A stretch of DNA of 64,000 bases from Balanoglossus misakiensis (GCA_040954595.2 CM082594.2:10296296-10360295); one strand, 5' to 3'. Positions 12,401-26,250 are shown, counted from the first letter of the stretch. The notes: generated by a model not told the origin, from the sequence alone. Translations and numbers: made by a program.

Positions 12401-15045
12401 TCAGGAAAATGTTCAAAAAACGACGATTTTTCGAGTTTGCGAATTTTCCAAATTTCTTCAAATCTTGATAAAAACCATGGGTTATAGCTCAGGAAAATGT
12501 TCAAAAAACGACGATTTTTCGAGTTTGCGAATTTTCAAAATTTCTTCAAATCTTGATAAAAACCATGGGTTATAGCTCAGGAAAATGTTCAAAAAACGAC
12601 GATTTTTCGAGTTTGCGAATTTTCCAAAATTTCTTCAAATCTTGATAAAAACCATGGGTTATAGCTCAGGAAAATGTTCAAAAAACGACGATTTTTCGAG
12701 TTTGCGAATTTTCCAAAATTTCTTCAAATCTTGATAAAAACCATGGGTTATAGCTCAGGAAAATGTTCAAAAACGACGATTTTTCGAGTTTGCGAATTTT
12801 CAAAATTTCTTCAAATCTTGATAAAAACCATGGGTTATAGCTCAGGAAAATGTTCAAAAAACGACGATTTTTCGAGTTTGCGAATTTTCAAAATTTCTTC
12901 AAATCTTGATAAAAACCATGGGTTATAGCTCAGGAAAATGTTCAAAAAACGACGATTTTTCGAGTTTGCGAATTTTCCAAATTTCTTCAAATCTTGATAA
13001 AAACCATGGGTTATAGCTCAGGAAAATGTTCAAAAAACGACGATTTTTCGAGTTTGCGAATTTTCCAAAATTTCTTCAAATCTTGATAAAAACCATGGGT
13101 TATAGCTCAGGAAAATGTTCAAAAAACGACGATTTTTCGAGTTTGCGAATTTTCAAATTTCTTCAAATCTTGATAAAAACCATGGGTTATAGCTCAGGAA
13201 AATGTTCAAAAAACGACGATTTTTCGAGTTTGCGAATTTTCGAAATTTCTTCAAATCTTGATAAAAACCATGGGTTATAGCTCAGGAAAATGTTCAAAAA
13301 ACGACGATTTTTCGAGTTTGCGAATTTTCCGAATTTCTTCAAATCTTGATAAAAACCATGGGTTATAGCTCAGGAAAATGTTCAAAAAACGACGATTTTT
13401 CGAGTTTGCGAATTTTCAAATTTCTTCAAATCTTGATAAAAACCATGGGTTATAGCTCAGGAAAATGTTCAAAAAACGACGATTTTTCGAGTTTGCGAAT
13501 TTTCCAAATTTCTTCAAATCTTGATAAAAACCATGGGTTATAGCTCAGGAAAATGTTCAAAAAACGACGATTTTTCGAGTTTGCGAATTTTCAAAATTTC
13601 TTCAAATCTTGATAAAAACCATGGTTATAGCTCAGGAAAATGTTCAAAAAACGACGATTTTTCGAGTTTGCGAATTTTCAAATTTCTTCAAATCTTGATA
13701 AAAACCATGGGTTATAGCTCAGGAAAATGTTCAAAAAACGACGATTTTTCGAGTTTGCGAATTTTCAAAATTTCTTCAAATCTTGATAAAAACCATGGGT
13801 TATAGCTCAGGAAAATGTTCAAAAAACGACGATTTTTCGAGTTTGCGAATTTTCAAAATTTCTTCAAATCTTGATAAAAACCATGGGTTATCTCAGGAAA
13901 ATGTTCAAAAAACGACGATTTTTCGAGTTTGCGAATTTTCAAAATTTCTTCAAATCTTGATAAAAACCATGGGTTATAGCTCAGGAAAATGTTCAAAAAA
14001 CGACGATTTTTCGAGTTTGCGAATTTTCCGAATTTCTTCAAATCTTGATAAAAACCATGGGTTATAGCTCAGGAAAATGTTCAAAAAACGACGATTTTTC
14101 GAGTTTGCGAATTTTCCAAATTTCTTCAAATCTTGATAAAAACCATGGGTTATAGCTCAGGAAAATGTTCAAAAAACGACGATTTTTCGAGTTTGCGAAT
14201 TTTCCAAATTTCTTCAAATCTTGATAAAAACCATGGGTTATAGCTCAGGAAAATGTTCAAAAAACGACGATTTTTCGAGTTTGCGAATTTTCAAAATTTC
14301 TTCAAATCTTGATAAAAACCATGGGTTATAGCTCAGGAAAATGTTCAAAAAACGACGATTTTTCGAGTTTGCGAATTTTCCAAATTTCTTCAAATCTTGA
14401 TAAAAACCATGGGTTATAGCTCAGGAAAATGTTCAAAAAACGACGATTTTTCGAGTTTGCGAATTTTCAAAATTTCTTCAAATCTTGATAAAAACCATGG
14501 GTTATAGCTCAGGAAAATGTTCAAAAAACGACGATTTTTCGAGTTTGCGAATTTTCAAAATTTCTTCAAATCTTGATAAAAACCATGGGTTATAGCTCAG
14601 GAAAATGTTCAAAAAACGACGATTTTTCGAGTTTGCGAATTTTCAAAATTTCTTCAAATCTTGATAAAAACCATGGGTTATAGCTCAGGAAAATGTTCAA
14701 AAAACGACGATTTTTCGAGTTTGCGAATTTTCAAAATTTCTTCAAATCTTGATAAAAACCATGGGTTATAGCTCAGGAAAATGTTCAAAAAACGACGATT
14801 TTTCGAGTTTGCGAATTTTCCAAATTTCTTCAAATCTTGATAAAAACCATGGGTTATAGCTCAGGAAAATGTTCAAAAAACGACGATTTTTCGAGTTTGC
14901 GAATTTTCCAAATTTCTTCAAATCTTGATAAAAACCATGGGTTATAGCTCAGGAAAATGTTCAAAAAACGACGATTTTTCGAGTTTGCGAATTTTCCAAA
15001 TTTCTTCAAATCTTGATAAAAACCATGGGTTATAGCTCAGGAAAA
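6430..15045. repeat. Satellite type A block 1 (88 bp, ~98 copies)
   Basis: AAAAACCATGGGTTATAGCTCAGGAAAATGTTCAAAAAACGACGATTTTTCGAGTTTGCGAATTTTC(A/C)AAATTTCTTCAAATCTTGAT. Confidence 0.97.
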
Positions 15046-16439
15046 TCGTGAAAAATCGACGATTTTTCGACTTTGCGAATTTTGAAAAATTGGTCATTTT
15101 TTGGAAAAACCATGGGTTATAGCTCAGGAAAATCGTGAAAAATCGAATATTTTTCGACTTTGCGAATTTTGAAAATTTGGTCATTTTTTGGAAAAACCAT
15201 GGGTTATAGCTCAGGAAAATCGTGAAAAATCGACGATTTTTCGACTTTGCGAATTTTGAAAATTTGGTCATTTTTTGGAAAAACCATGGGTTATAGCTCA
15301 GGAAAATCGTGAAATATCGACGATTTTTCGACTTTGCGAATTTTCAAAATTTGGTCATTTTTTGAAAAAACCATGGGTTATAGCTCAGGAAAATCGTGAA
15401 AAATCGACGATTTTTCGACTTTGCGAATTTTCAAAATTTGGTCATTTTTTGAAAAAACCATGGGTTATAGCTCAGGAAAATCGTGAAAAATCGACGATTT
15501 TTCGACTTTGCGAATTTTCAAAATTTGGTCATTTTTTGAAAAAACCATGGGTTATAGCTCAGGAAAATCGTGAAAAATCGACGATTTTTCGACTTTGCGA
15601 ATTTTCAAAATTTGGTCATTTTTTGAAAAAACCATGGGTTATAGCTCAGGAAAATCGTGAAAAATCGACGATTTTTCGACTTTGCGAATTTTCAAAATTT
15701 GGTCATTTTTTGAAAAAACCATGGGTTATAGCTCAGGAAAATCGTGAAAAATCGACGATTTTTCGACTTTGCGAATTTTCAAAATTTGGTCATTTTTTGG
15801 AAAAACCATGGGTTATAGCTCAGGAAAATCGTGAAAAATCGACGATTTTTCGACTTTGCGAATTTTGAAAATTTGGTCATTTTTTGGAAAAACCATGGGT
15901 TATAGCTCAGGAAAATCGTGAAAAATCGACGATTTTTCGACTTTGCGAATTTTCAAAATTTGGTCATTTTTTGGAAAAACCATGGGTTATAGCTCAGGAA
16001 AATCGTGAAAAATCGACGATTTTTCGACTTTGCGAATTTTCAAAATTTGGTCATTTTTTGAAAAAACTATGGGTTATAGCTCAGGAAAATCGTGAAAAAT
16101 CGACGATTTTTCGACTATGCGAATTTTCAAAATTTGGTCATTTTTTGAAAAAACCATGGGTTATAGCTCAGGAAAATCGTGAAAAATCGACGATTTTTCG
16201 ACTTTGCGAATTTTCAAAATTTGGTCATTTTTTGAAAAAACCATGGGTTATTAGCTCAGGAAAATCGTGAAAAATCGACGATTTTTCGACTTTGCGAATT
16301 CTCAAAATTTGGTCATTTTTTGAAAAAACCATGGGTTATAGCTCAGGAAAATCGTGAAAAATCGACGATTTTTCGACTTTGCGAATTTTCAAAATTTGGT
16401 CATTTTTTGAAAAAACCATTGGTTATAGCTCAGGAAAAT
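15046..16439. repeat. Satellite type B block 1 (87 bp, ~16 copies)
   Basis: AAAAACCATGGGTTATAGCTCAGGAAAATCGTGAAAAATCGACGATTTTTCGACTTTGCGAATTTTCAAAATTTGGTCATTTTTTG(A/G). Confidence 0.97.
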
Positions 16440-17806
16440 GTTCAAAAAACGACGATTTTTCGAGTTTGCGAATTTTCAAAATTTCTTCAAATCTTGATAA
16501 AAACCATGGGTTATAGCTCAGGAAAATGTTCAAAAAACGACGATTTTTCGAGTTTGCGAATTTTCAAAATTTCTTCAAATCTTGATAAAAACCATGGGTT
16601 ATAGCTCAGGAAAATGTTCAAAAAACGACGATTTTTCGAGTTTGCGAATTTTCAAAATTTCTTCAAATCTTGATAAAAACCATGGGTTATAACTCAGGAA
16701 AATGTTCAAAAAACGACGATTTTTCGAGTTTGCGAATTTTCAAAATTTCTTCAAATCTTGATAAAAACCATGGGTTATAGCTCAGGAAAATGTTCAAAAA
16801 ACGACGATTTTTCGAGTTTGCGAATTTTCAAAATTTCTTCAAATCTTGATAAAAACCATGGGTTATAGCTCAGGAAAATGTTCAAAAAACGACGATTTTT
16901 CGAGTTTGCGAATTTTCCAAATTTCTTCAAATCTTGATAAAAACCATGGGTTATAGCTCAGGAAAATGTTCAAAAAACGACGATTTTTCGAGTTTGCGAA
17001 TTTTCCAAATTTCTTCAAATCTTGACAAAAACCATGGGTTATAGCTCAGGAAAATGTTCAAAAAACGACGATTTTTCGAGTTTGCGAATTTTCCAAATTT
17101 CTTCAAATCTTGACAAAAACCATGGGTTATAGCTCAGGAAAATGTTCAAAAAACGACGATTTTTCGAGTTTGCGAATTTTCCAAATTTCTTCAAATCTTG
17201 ATAAAAACCATGGGTTATAGCTCAGGAAAATGTTCAAAAAACGACGATTTTTCGAGTTTGCGAATTTTCCAAATTTCTTCAAATCTTGATAAAAACCATG
17301 GGTTATAGCTCAGGAAAATGTTCAAAAAACGACGATTTTTCGAGTTTGCGAATTTTCCAAATTTCTTCAAATCTTGATAAAAACCATGGGTTATAGCTCA
17401 GGAAAATGTTCAAAAAACGACGATTTTTCGAGTTTGCGAATTTTCAAAATTTCTTCAAATCTTGATAAAAACCATGGGTTATAGCTCAGGAAAATGTTCA
17501 AAAAACGACGATTTTTCAAGTTTGCGAATTTTCAAAATTTCTTCAAATCTTGATAAAAACCATGGGTTATAGCTCAGGAAAATGTTCAAAAAACGACGAT
17601 TTTTCGAGTTTGCGAATTTTCAAAATTTCTTCAAATCTTGATAAAAACCATGGGTTATAGCTCAGGAAAATGTTAAAAAAAAACGACGATTTTTCGAGTT
17701 TGCGAATTTTCAAAATTTCTTCAAATCTTGATAAAAACCATGGGTTATAGCTCAGGAAAATGTTCAAAAAACGACGATTTTTCGAGTTTGCGAATTTTCA
17801 AAATTT
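16440..17806. repeat. Satellite type A block 2 (~15.5 copies)
   Basis: Return to the GTTCAAAAAACG / CTTCAAATCTTGAT diagnostics. Confidence 0.97.
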
Positions 17807-20800
17807 GGTCATTTTTTGGAAAAACCATGGGTTATAGCTCAGGAAAATCGTGAAAAATCGACGATTTTTCGACTTTGCGAATTTTCAAAATTTGGTCATT
17901 TTTTGGAAAAACCATGGGTTATAGCTCAGGAAAATCGTGAAATATCGACGATTTTTCGACTTTGCGAATTTTCAAAATTTGGTCATTTTTTGAAAAAACC
18001 ATGGGTTATAGCTCAGGAAAATCGTGAAAAATCGACGATTTTTCGACTTTGCGAATTTTCAAAATTTGGTCATTTTTTGAAAAAACCATGGGTTATAGCT
18101 CAGGAAAATCGTGAAAAATCGACGATTTTTAGACTTTGCGAATTTTCAAAATTTGGTCATTTTTTGAAAAAACCATGGGTTATAGCTCAGGAAAATCGTG
18201 AAAAATCGACGATTTTTCGATTTTGCGAATTTTCAAAATTTGGTCATTTTTTGAAAAAACCATGGGTTATAGCTCAGGAAAATCGTGAAAAATCGACGAT
18301 TTTTCGACTTTGCGAATTTTCAAAATTTGGTCATTTTTTGGAAAAACCATGGGTTATAGCTCAGGAAAATCGTGAAAAATCGACGATTTTTCGACTTTGC
18401 GAATTTTCAAAATTTGGTCATTTTTTGGAAAAACCATGGGTTATAGCTCAGGAAAATCGTGAAAAATCGACGATTTTTCGACTTTGCGAATTTTCAAAAT
18501 TTGGTCATTTTTTGAAAAAACCATGGGTTATAGCTCAGGAAAATCGTGAAAAATCGACGATTTTTCGACTTTGCGAATTTTCAAAATTTGGTCATTTTTT
18601 GAAAAAACCATGGGTTATAGCTCAGGAAAATCGTGAAAAATCGACGATTTTTCGACTTTGCGAATTTTCAAAATTTGGTCATTTTTTGAAAAAACCATGG
18701 GTTATAGCTCAGGAAAATCGTGAAAAATCGACGATTTTTCGACTATGCGAATTTTCAAAATTTGGTCATTTTTTGAAAAAACCATGGGTTATAGCTCAGG
18801 AAAATCGTGAAAAATCGACGATTTTTCGACTTTGCGAATTTTGAAAATTTGGTCATTTTTTGAAAAAACCATGGGTTATAGCTCAGGAAAATCGTGAAAA
18901 ATCGACGATTTTTCGACTTTGCGAATTTTCAAAATTTGGTCATTTTTTGAAAAAACCATGGGTTATAGCTCAGGAAAATCGTGAAAAATCGACGATTTTT
19001 CGACTTTGCGAATTTTCAAAATTTGGTCATTTTTTGAAAAAACCATGGGTTATAGCTCAGGAAAATCGTGAAAAATCGACGATTTTTCGACTATGCGAAT
19101 TTTCAAAATTTGGTCATTTTTTGAAAAAACCATGGGTTATAGCTCAGGAAAATCGTGAAAAATCGACGATTTTTCGACTTTGCGAATTTTGAAAATTTGG
19201 TCATTTTTTGAAAAAACCATGGGTTATAGCTCAGGAAAATCGTGAAAAATCGACGATTTTTCGACTTTGCGAATTTTCAAAATTTGGTCATTTTTTGAAA
19301 AAACCATGGGTTATAGCTCAGGAAAATCGTGAAAAATCGACGATTTTTCGACTTTGCGAATTTTCAAAATTTGGTCATTTTTTGAAAAAACCATGGGTTA
19401 TAGCTCAGGAAAATCGTGAAAAATCGACGATTTTTCGACTTTGCGAATTTTCAAAATTTGGTCATTTTTTGGAAAAACCATGGGTTATAGCTCAGGAAAA
19501 TCGTGAAAAATCGACGATTTTTCGACTTTGCGAATTTTCAAAATTTGGTCATTTTTTGAAAAAACCATGGGTTATAGCTCAGGAAAATCGTGAAAAATCG
19601 ACGATTTTTCGACTTTGCGAATTTTCAAAATTTGGTCATTTTTTGAAAAAACCATGGGTTATAGCTCAGGAAAATCGTGAAAAATCGACGATTTTTCGAC
19701 TTTGCGAATTTTCAAAATTTGGTCATTTTTTGAAAAAACCATGGGTTATAGCTCAGGAAAATCGTGAAAAATCGACGATTTTTCGACTTTGCGAATTTTC
19801 AAAATTTGGTCATTTTTTGGAAAAACCATGGGTTATAGCTCAGGAAAATCGTGAAAAATCGACGATTTTTCGACTTTGCGAATTTTCAAAATTTGGTCAT
19901 TTTTTGGAAAAACCATGGGTTATAGCTCAGGAAAATCGTGAAAAATCGACGATTTTTCGACTTTGCGAATTTTCAAAATTTGGTCATTTTTTGAAAAAAC
20001 CATGGGTTATAGCTCAGGAAAATCGTGAAAAATCGACGATTTTTCGACTTTGCGAATTTTCAAAATTTGGTCATTTTTTGAAAAAACCATGGGTTATAGC
20101 TCAGGAAAATCGTGAAAAATCGACGATTTTTCGACTATGCGAATTTTCAAAATTTGGTCATTTTTTGAAAAAACCATGGGTTATAGCTCAGGAAAATCGT
20201 GAAAAATCGACGATTTTTCGACTTTGCGAATTTTCAAAATTTGGTCATTTTTTGAAAAAACCATGGGTTATAGCTCAGGAAAATCGTGAAAAATCGACGA
20301 TTTTTCGACTTTGCGAATTTTCAAAATTTGGTCATTTTTTGAAAAAACCATGGGTTATAGCTCAGGAAAATCGTGAAAAATCGACGATTTTTCGACTTTG
20401 CGAATTTTCAAAATTTGGTCATTTTTTGAAAAAACCATGGGTTATAGCTCAGGAAAATCGTGAAAAATCGACGATTTTTCGACTTTGCGAATTTTCAAAA
20501 TTTGGTCATTTTTTGGAAAAACCATGGGTTATAGCTCAGGAAAATCGTGAAAAATCGACGATTTTTCGACTTTGCGAATTTTCAAAATTTGGTCATTTTT
20601 TGAAAAAACCATGGGTTATAGCTCAGGAAAATCGTGAAAAATCGACGATTTTTCGACTTTGCGAATTTTTTAAAATTTGGTCATTTTTTGAAAAAACCAT
20701 GGGTTATAGCTCAGGAAAATCGTGAAAAATCGACGATTTTTCGACTTTGCGAATTTTCAAAATTTGGTCATTTTTTGAAAAAACCATGGGTTATAGCTCA

Positions 20801-23800
20801 GGAAAATCGTGAAAAATCGACGATTTTTCGACTTTGCGAATTTTCAAAATTTGGTCATTTTTTGAAAAAACCATGGGTTATAGCTCAGGAAAATCGTGAA
20901 AAATCGACGATTTTTCGACTTTGCGAATTTTCAAAATTTGGTCATTTTTTGAAAAAACCATGGGTTATAGCTCAGGAAAATCGTGAAAAATCGACGATTT
21001 TTCGACTTTGCGAATTTTGAAAATTTGGTCATTTTTTGGAAAAACCATGGGTTATAGCTCAGGAAAATCGTGAAAAATCGACGATTTTTCGACTTTGCGA
21101 ATTTTCAAAATTTGGTCATTTTTTGAAAAAACCATGGGTTATAGCTCAGGAAAATCGTGAAAAATCGACGATTTTTCGACTTTGCGAATTTTTTAAAATT
21201 TGGTCATTTTTTGAAAAAACCATGGGTTATAGCTCAGGAAAATCGTGAAAAAATCGACGATTTTTCGACTTTGCGAATTTTCAAAATTTGGTCATTTTTT
21301 GGAAAAACCATGGGTTATAGCTCAGGAAAATCGTGAAAAATCGACGATTTTTCGACTTTGCGAATTTTCAAAATTTGGTCATTTTTTGAAAAAACCATGG
21401 GTTATAGCTCAGGAAAATCGTGAAAAATCGACGATTTTTCGACTTTGCGAATTTTCAAAATTTGGTCATTTTTTGAAAAAACCATGGGTTATAGCTCAGG
21501 AAAATCGTGAAAAATCGACGATTTTTCGACTTTGCGAATTTTCAAAATTTGGTCATTTTTTGAAAAAACCATGGGTTATAGCTCAGGAAAATCGTGAAAA
21601 ATCGACGATTTTTCGACTTTGCGAATTTTCAAAATTTGGTCATTTTTTGGAAAAACCATGGGTTATAGCTCAGGAAAATCGTGAAAAATCGACGATTTTT
21701 CGACTTTGCGAATTTTCAAAATTTGGTCATTTTTTGGAAAAACCATGGGTTATAGCTCAGGAAAATCGTGAAAAATCGACGATTTTTCGACTTTGCGAAT
21801 TTTCAAAATTTGGTCATTTTTTGAAAAAACCATGGGTTATAGCTCAGGAAAATCGTGAAAAATCGACGATTTTTCGACTTTGCGAATTTTCAAAATTTGG
21901 TCATTTTTTGAAAAAACCATGGGTTATAGCTCAGGAAAATCGTGAAAAATCGACGATTTTTCGACTATGCGAATTTTCAAAATTTGGTCATTTTTTGAAA
22001 AAACCATGGGTTATAGCTCAGGAAAATCGTGAAAAATCGACGATTTTTCGACTTTGCGAATTTTCAAAATTTGGTCATTTTTTGAAAAAACCATGGGTTA
22101 TAGCTCAGGAAAATCGTGAAAAATCGACGATTTTTCGACTTTGCGAATTTTCAAAATTTGGTCATTTTTTGAAAAAACCATGGGTTATAGCTCAGGAAAA
22201 TCGTGAAAAATCGACGATTTTTCGACTTTGCGAATTTTCAAAATTTGGTCATTTTTTGAAAAAACCATGGGTTATAGCTCAGGAAAATCGTGAAAAATCG
22301 ACGATTTTTCGACTTTGCGAATTTTCAAAATTTGGTCATTTTTTGAAAAAACCATGGGTTATAGCTCAGGAAAATCGTGAAAAATCGACGATTTTTCGAC
22401 TTTGCGAATTTTTTAAAATTTGGTCATTTTTTGAAAAAACCATGGGTTATAGCTCAGGAAAATCGTGAAAAATCGACGATTTTTCGACTTTGCGAATTTT
22501 CAAAATTTGGTCATTTTTTGAAAAAACCATGGGTTATAGCTCAGGAAAATCGTGAAAAATCGACGATTTTTCGACTTTGCGAATTTTCAAAATTTGGTCA
22601 TTTTTTGAAAAATCCATGGGTTATAGCTCAGGAAAATCGTGAAAAATCGACGATTTTTCGACTTTGCGAATTTTCAAAATTTGGTCATTTTTTGAAAAAA
22701 CCATGGGTTATAGCTCAGGAAAATCGTGAAAAATCGACGATTTTTCGATTTTGCGAATTTTCAAAATTTGGTCATTTTTTGAAAAAACCATGGGTTATAG
22801 CTCAGGAAAATCGTGAAAAATCGACGATTTTTCGACTTTGCGAATTTTCAAAATTTGGTCATTTTTTGGAAAAACCATGGGTTATAGCTCAGGAAAATCG
22901 TGAAAAATCGACGATTTTTCGACTTTGCGAATTTTCAAAATTTGGTCATTTTTTGGAAAAACCATGGGTTATAGCTCAGGAAAATCGTGAAAAATCGACG
23001 ATTTTTCGACTTTGCGAATTTTCAAAATTTGGTCATTTTTTGAAAAAACCATGGGTTATAGCTCAGGAAAATCGTGAAAAATCGACGATTTTTCGACTTT
23101 GCGAATTTTCAAAATTTGGTCATTTTTTGAAAAAACCATGGGTTATAGCTCAGGAAAATCGTGAAAAATCGACGATTTTTCGACTTTGCGAATTTTGAAA
23201 ATTTGGTCATTTTTTGGAAAAACCATGGGTTATAGCTCAGGAAAATCGTGAAAAATCGACGATTTTTCGACTTTGCGAATTTTCAAAATTTGGTCATTTT
23301 TTGAAAAAACCATGGGTTATAGCTCAGGAAAATCGTGAAAAATCGACGATTTTTCGACTTTGCGAATTTTTTAAAATTTGGTCATTTTTTGAAAAAACCA
23401 TGGGTTATAGCTCAGGAAAATCGTGAAAAAATCGACGATTTTTCGACTTTGCGAATTTTCAAAATTTGGTCATTTTTTGGAAAAACCATGGGTTATAGCT
23501 CAGGAAAATCGTGAAAAATCGACGATTTTTCGACTTTGCGAATTTTCAAAATTTGGTCATTTTTTGAAAAAACCATGGGTTATAGCTCAGGAAAATCGTG
23601 AAAAATCGACGATTTTTCGACTTTGCGAATTTTCAAAATTTGGTCATTTTTTGAAAAAACCATGGGTTATAGCTCAGGAAAATCGTGAAAAATCGACGAT
23701 TTTTCGACTTTGCGAATTTTCAAAATTTGGTCATTTTTTGAAAAAACCATGGGTTATAGCTCAGGAAAATCGTGAAAAATCGACGATTTTTCGACTTTGC

Positions 23801-25195
23801 GAATTTTGAAAATTTGGTCATTTTTTGGAAAAACCATGGGTTATAGCTCAGGAAAATCGTGAAAAATCGACGATTTTTCGACTTTGCGAATTTTCAAAAT
23901 TTGGTCATTTTTTGAAAAAACCATGGGTTATAGCTCAGGAAAATCGTGAAAAATCGACGATTTTTCGACTTTGCGAATTTTTTAAAATTTGGTCATTTTT
24001 TGAAAAAACCATGGGTTATAGCTCAGGAAAATCGTGAAAAAATCGACGATTTTTCGACTTTGCGAATTTTCAAAATTTGGTCATTTTTTGGAAAAACCAT
24101 GGGTTATAGCTCAGGAAAATCGTGAAAAATCGACGATTTTTCGACTTTGCGAATTTTCAAAATTTGGTCATTTTTTGAAAAAACCATGGGTTATAGCTCA
24201 GGAAAATCGTGAAAAATCGACGATTTTTCGACTTTGCGAATTTTCAAAATTTGGTCATTTTTTGGAAAAACCATGGGTTATTATAGCTCAGGAAAATCGT
24301 GAAAAATCGACGATTTTTCGACTTTGCGAATTTTCAAAATTTGGTCATTTTTTGAAAAAACCATGGGTTATAGCTCAGGAAAATCGTGAAAAATCGACGA
24401 TTTTTCGACTTTGCGAATTTTGAAAATTTGGTCATTTTTTGAAAAAACCATGGGTTATAGCTCAGGAAAATCGTGAAAAATCGACGATTTTTCGACTTTG
24501 CGAATTTTCAAAATTTGGTCATTTTTTGAAAAAACCATGGGTTATAGCTCAGGAAAATCGTGAAAAATCGACGATTTTTCGACTTTGCGAATTTTCAAAA
24601 TTTGGTCATTTTTTGAAAAAACCATGGGTTATAGCTCAGGAAAATCGTGAAAAATCGACGATTTTTCGACTTTGCGAATTTTCAAAATTTGGTCATTTTT
24701 TGAAAAAAACCATGGGTTATAGCTCAGGAAAATCGTGAAAAATCGACGATTTTTCGACTTTGCGAATTTTCAAAATTTGGTCATTTTTTGAAAAAACCAT
24801 GGGTTATAGCTCAGGAAAATCGTGAAAAATCGACGATTTTTCGACTATGCGAATTTTCAAAATTTGGTCATTTTTTGAAAAAACCATGGGTTATAGCTCA
24901 GGAAAATCGTGAAAAATCGACGATTTTTCGACTTTGCGAATTTTCAAAATTTGGTCATTTTTTGAAAAAACCATGGGTTATAGCTCAGGAAAATCGTGAA
25001 AAATCGACGATTTTTCGACTTTGCGAATTTTCAAAATTTGGTCATTTTTTGAAAAAACCATGGGTTATAGCTCAGGAAAATCGTGAAAAATCGACGATTT
25101 TTCGACTTTGCGAATTTTCAAAATTTGGTCATTTTTTGAAAAAACCATGGGTTATAGCTCAGGAAAATCGTGAAAAATCGACGATTTTTCGACTT
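17807..25195. repeat. Satellite type B block 2 (~85 copies)
   Basis: CGTGAAAAATCG / GGTCATTTTTTG diagnostics. Ends at a junction with a ~9-bp deletion near 25195. Confidence 0.97.
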
Positions 25196-26250
25196 TTCAA
25201 AATTTCTTCAAATCTTGATAAAAACCATGGGTTATAGCTCAGGAAAATGTTCAAAAAACGACGATTTTTCGAGTTTGCGAATTTTCAAAATTTCTTCAAA
25301 TCTTGATAAAAACCATGGGTTATAGCTCAGGAAAATGTTCAAAAAACGACGATTTTTCGAGTTTGCGAATTTTCAAAATTTCTTTATTTTCTGAAAAAAA
25401 CATGGGTTATAGCTCATGAAAATCATCCAAAAACGACAATTTTTCGACTTTGCGAATTTTCAAAATTTCTTCATTTTCTGAAAAAAAAAACACATGGGTT
25501 ATAGCTCATGAAAATCATCCAAAAATGACAATTTTACGACTTTGCGAATTTTTAAAATTTCTTCATTTTCTGAAAAAAATCATGGGTTATAGCTCATGAA
25601 AATCATCCAAAAATGAAAATTTTTCGACTTTGCGAATTTTCAAAATTTCTTCATTTTCTGAAAAAAATCATGGGTTATAGCTCATGAAAATCATCCAAAA
25701 ACGACAATTTTTCGACTTTGCGAATTTTCAAAATTTCTTCATTTTCTGAAAAAAAAAACACATGGGTTATAGCTCATGAAAATCATCCAAAAATGACAAT
25801 TTTACGACTTTGCGAATTTTTAAAATTTCTTCATTTTCTGAAAAAAATCATGGGTTATAGCTCATGAAAATCATCCAAAAATGAAAATTTTTCGACTTTG
25901 CGAATTTTCAAAATTTCTTCATTTTCTGAAAAAAATCATGGGTTATAGCTCATGAAAATCATCCAAAAACGACAATTTTTCGACTTTGAGAATTTTCAAA
26001 ATTTCTTCATTTTCTGAAAAAAAACATGGGTTATAGCTCATGAAAATCATCCAAAAACGACAATTTTTCGACTTTGCGAATTTTCAAAATTTCTTCATTT
26101 TCTGAAAAAAAAACAAACACATGGGTTATAGCTCATGAAAATCATCCAAAAATGACAATTTTACGACTTTGCGAATTTTTAAAATTTCTTCATTTTCTGA
26201 AAAAAATCATGGGTTATACATGTAGCTAATGCAAATCATTCAAAAAATGG
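25196..26250. repeat. Two type A monomers, then ~10 diverged type C monomers fading into unique sequence
   Basis: Type C from ~25382: GCTCATGAAAATCATCCAAAAA...CTTCATTTTCTGAAAAAAA. Confidence 0.95.

Larger units (their letters stand above)
6391..26250. repeat. Tandem satellite array, 87/88-bp monomers, ~225 copies
   Basis: Continuous head-to-tail monomers sharing CATGGGTTATAGCTCA, all in the same orientation. Confidence 0.99.

Noticed and set aside
6769-25237. Many ORFs up to 505 aa made of KKPWVIAQENREKSTIFRLCEFSKFGHFL repeats
   Set aside because: The 87-bp monomer is 29 codons with one stop-free frame by chance. Variants freely introduce stops and frameshifts.
6391-26250. CRISPR-like array or CENP-B box
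   Set aside because: There are no unique spacers or cas genes and the context is eukaryotic. TTCG is present but not the TTCG....A..CGGG pattern.
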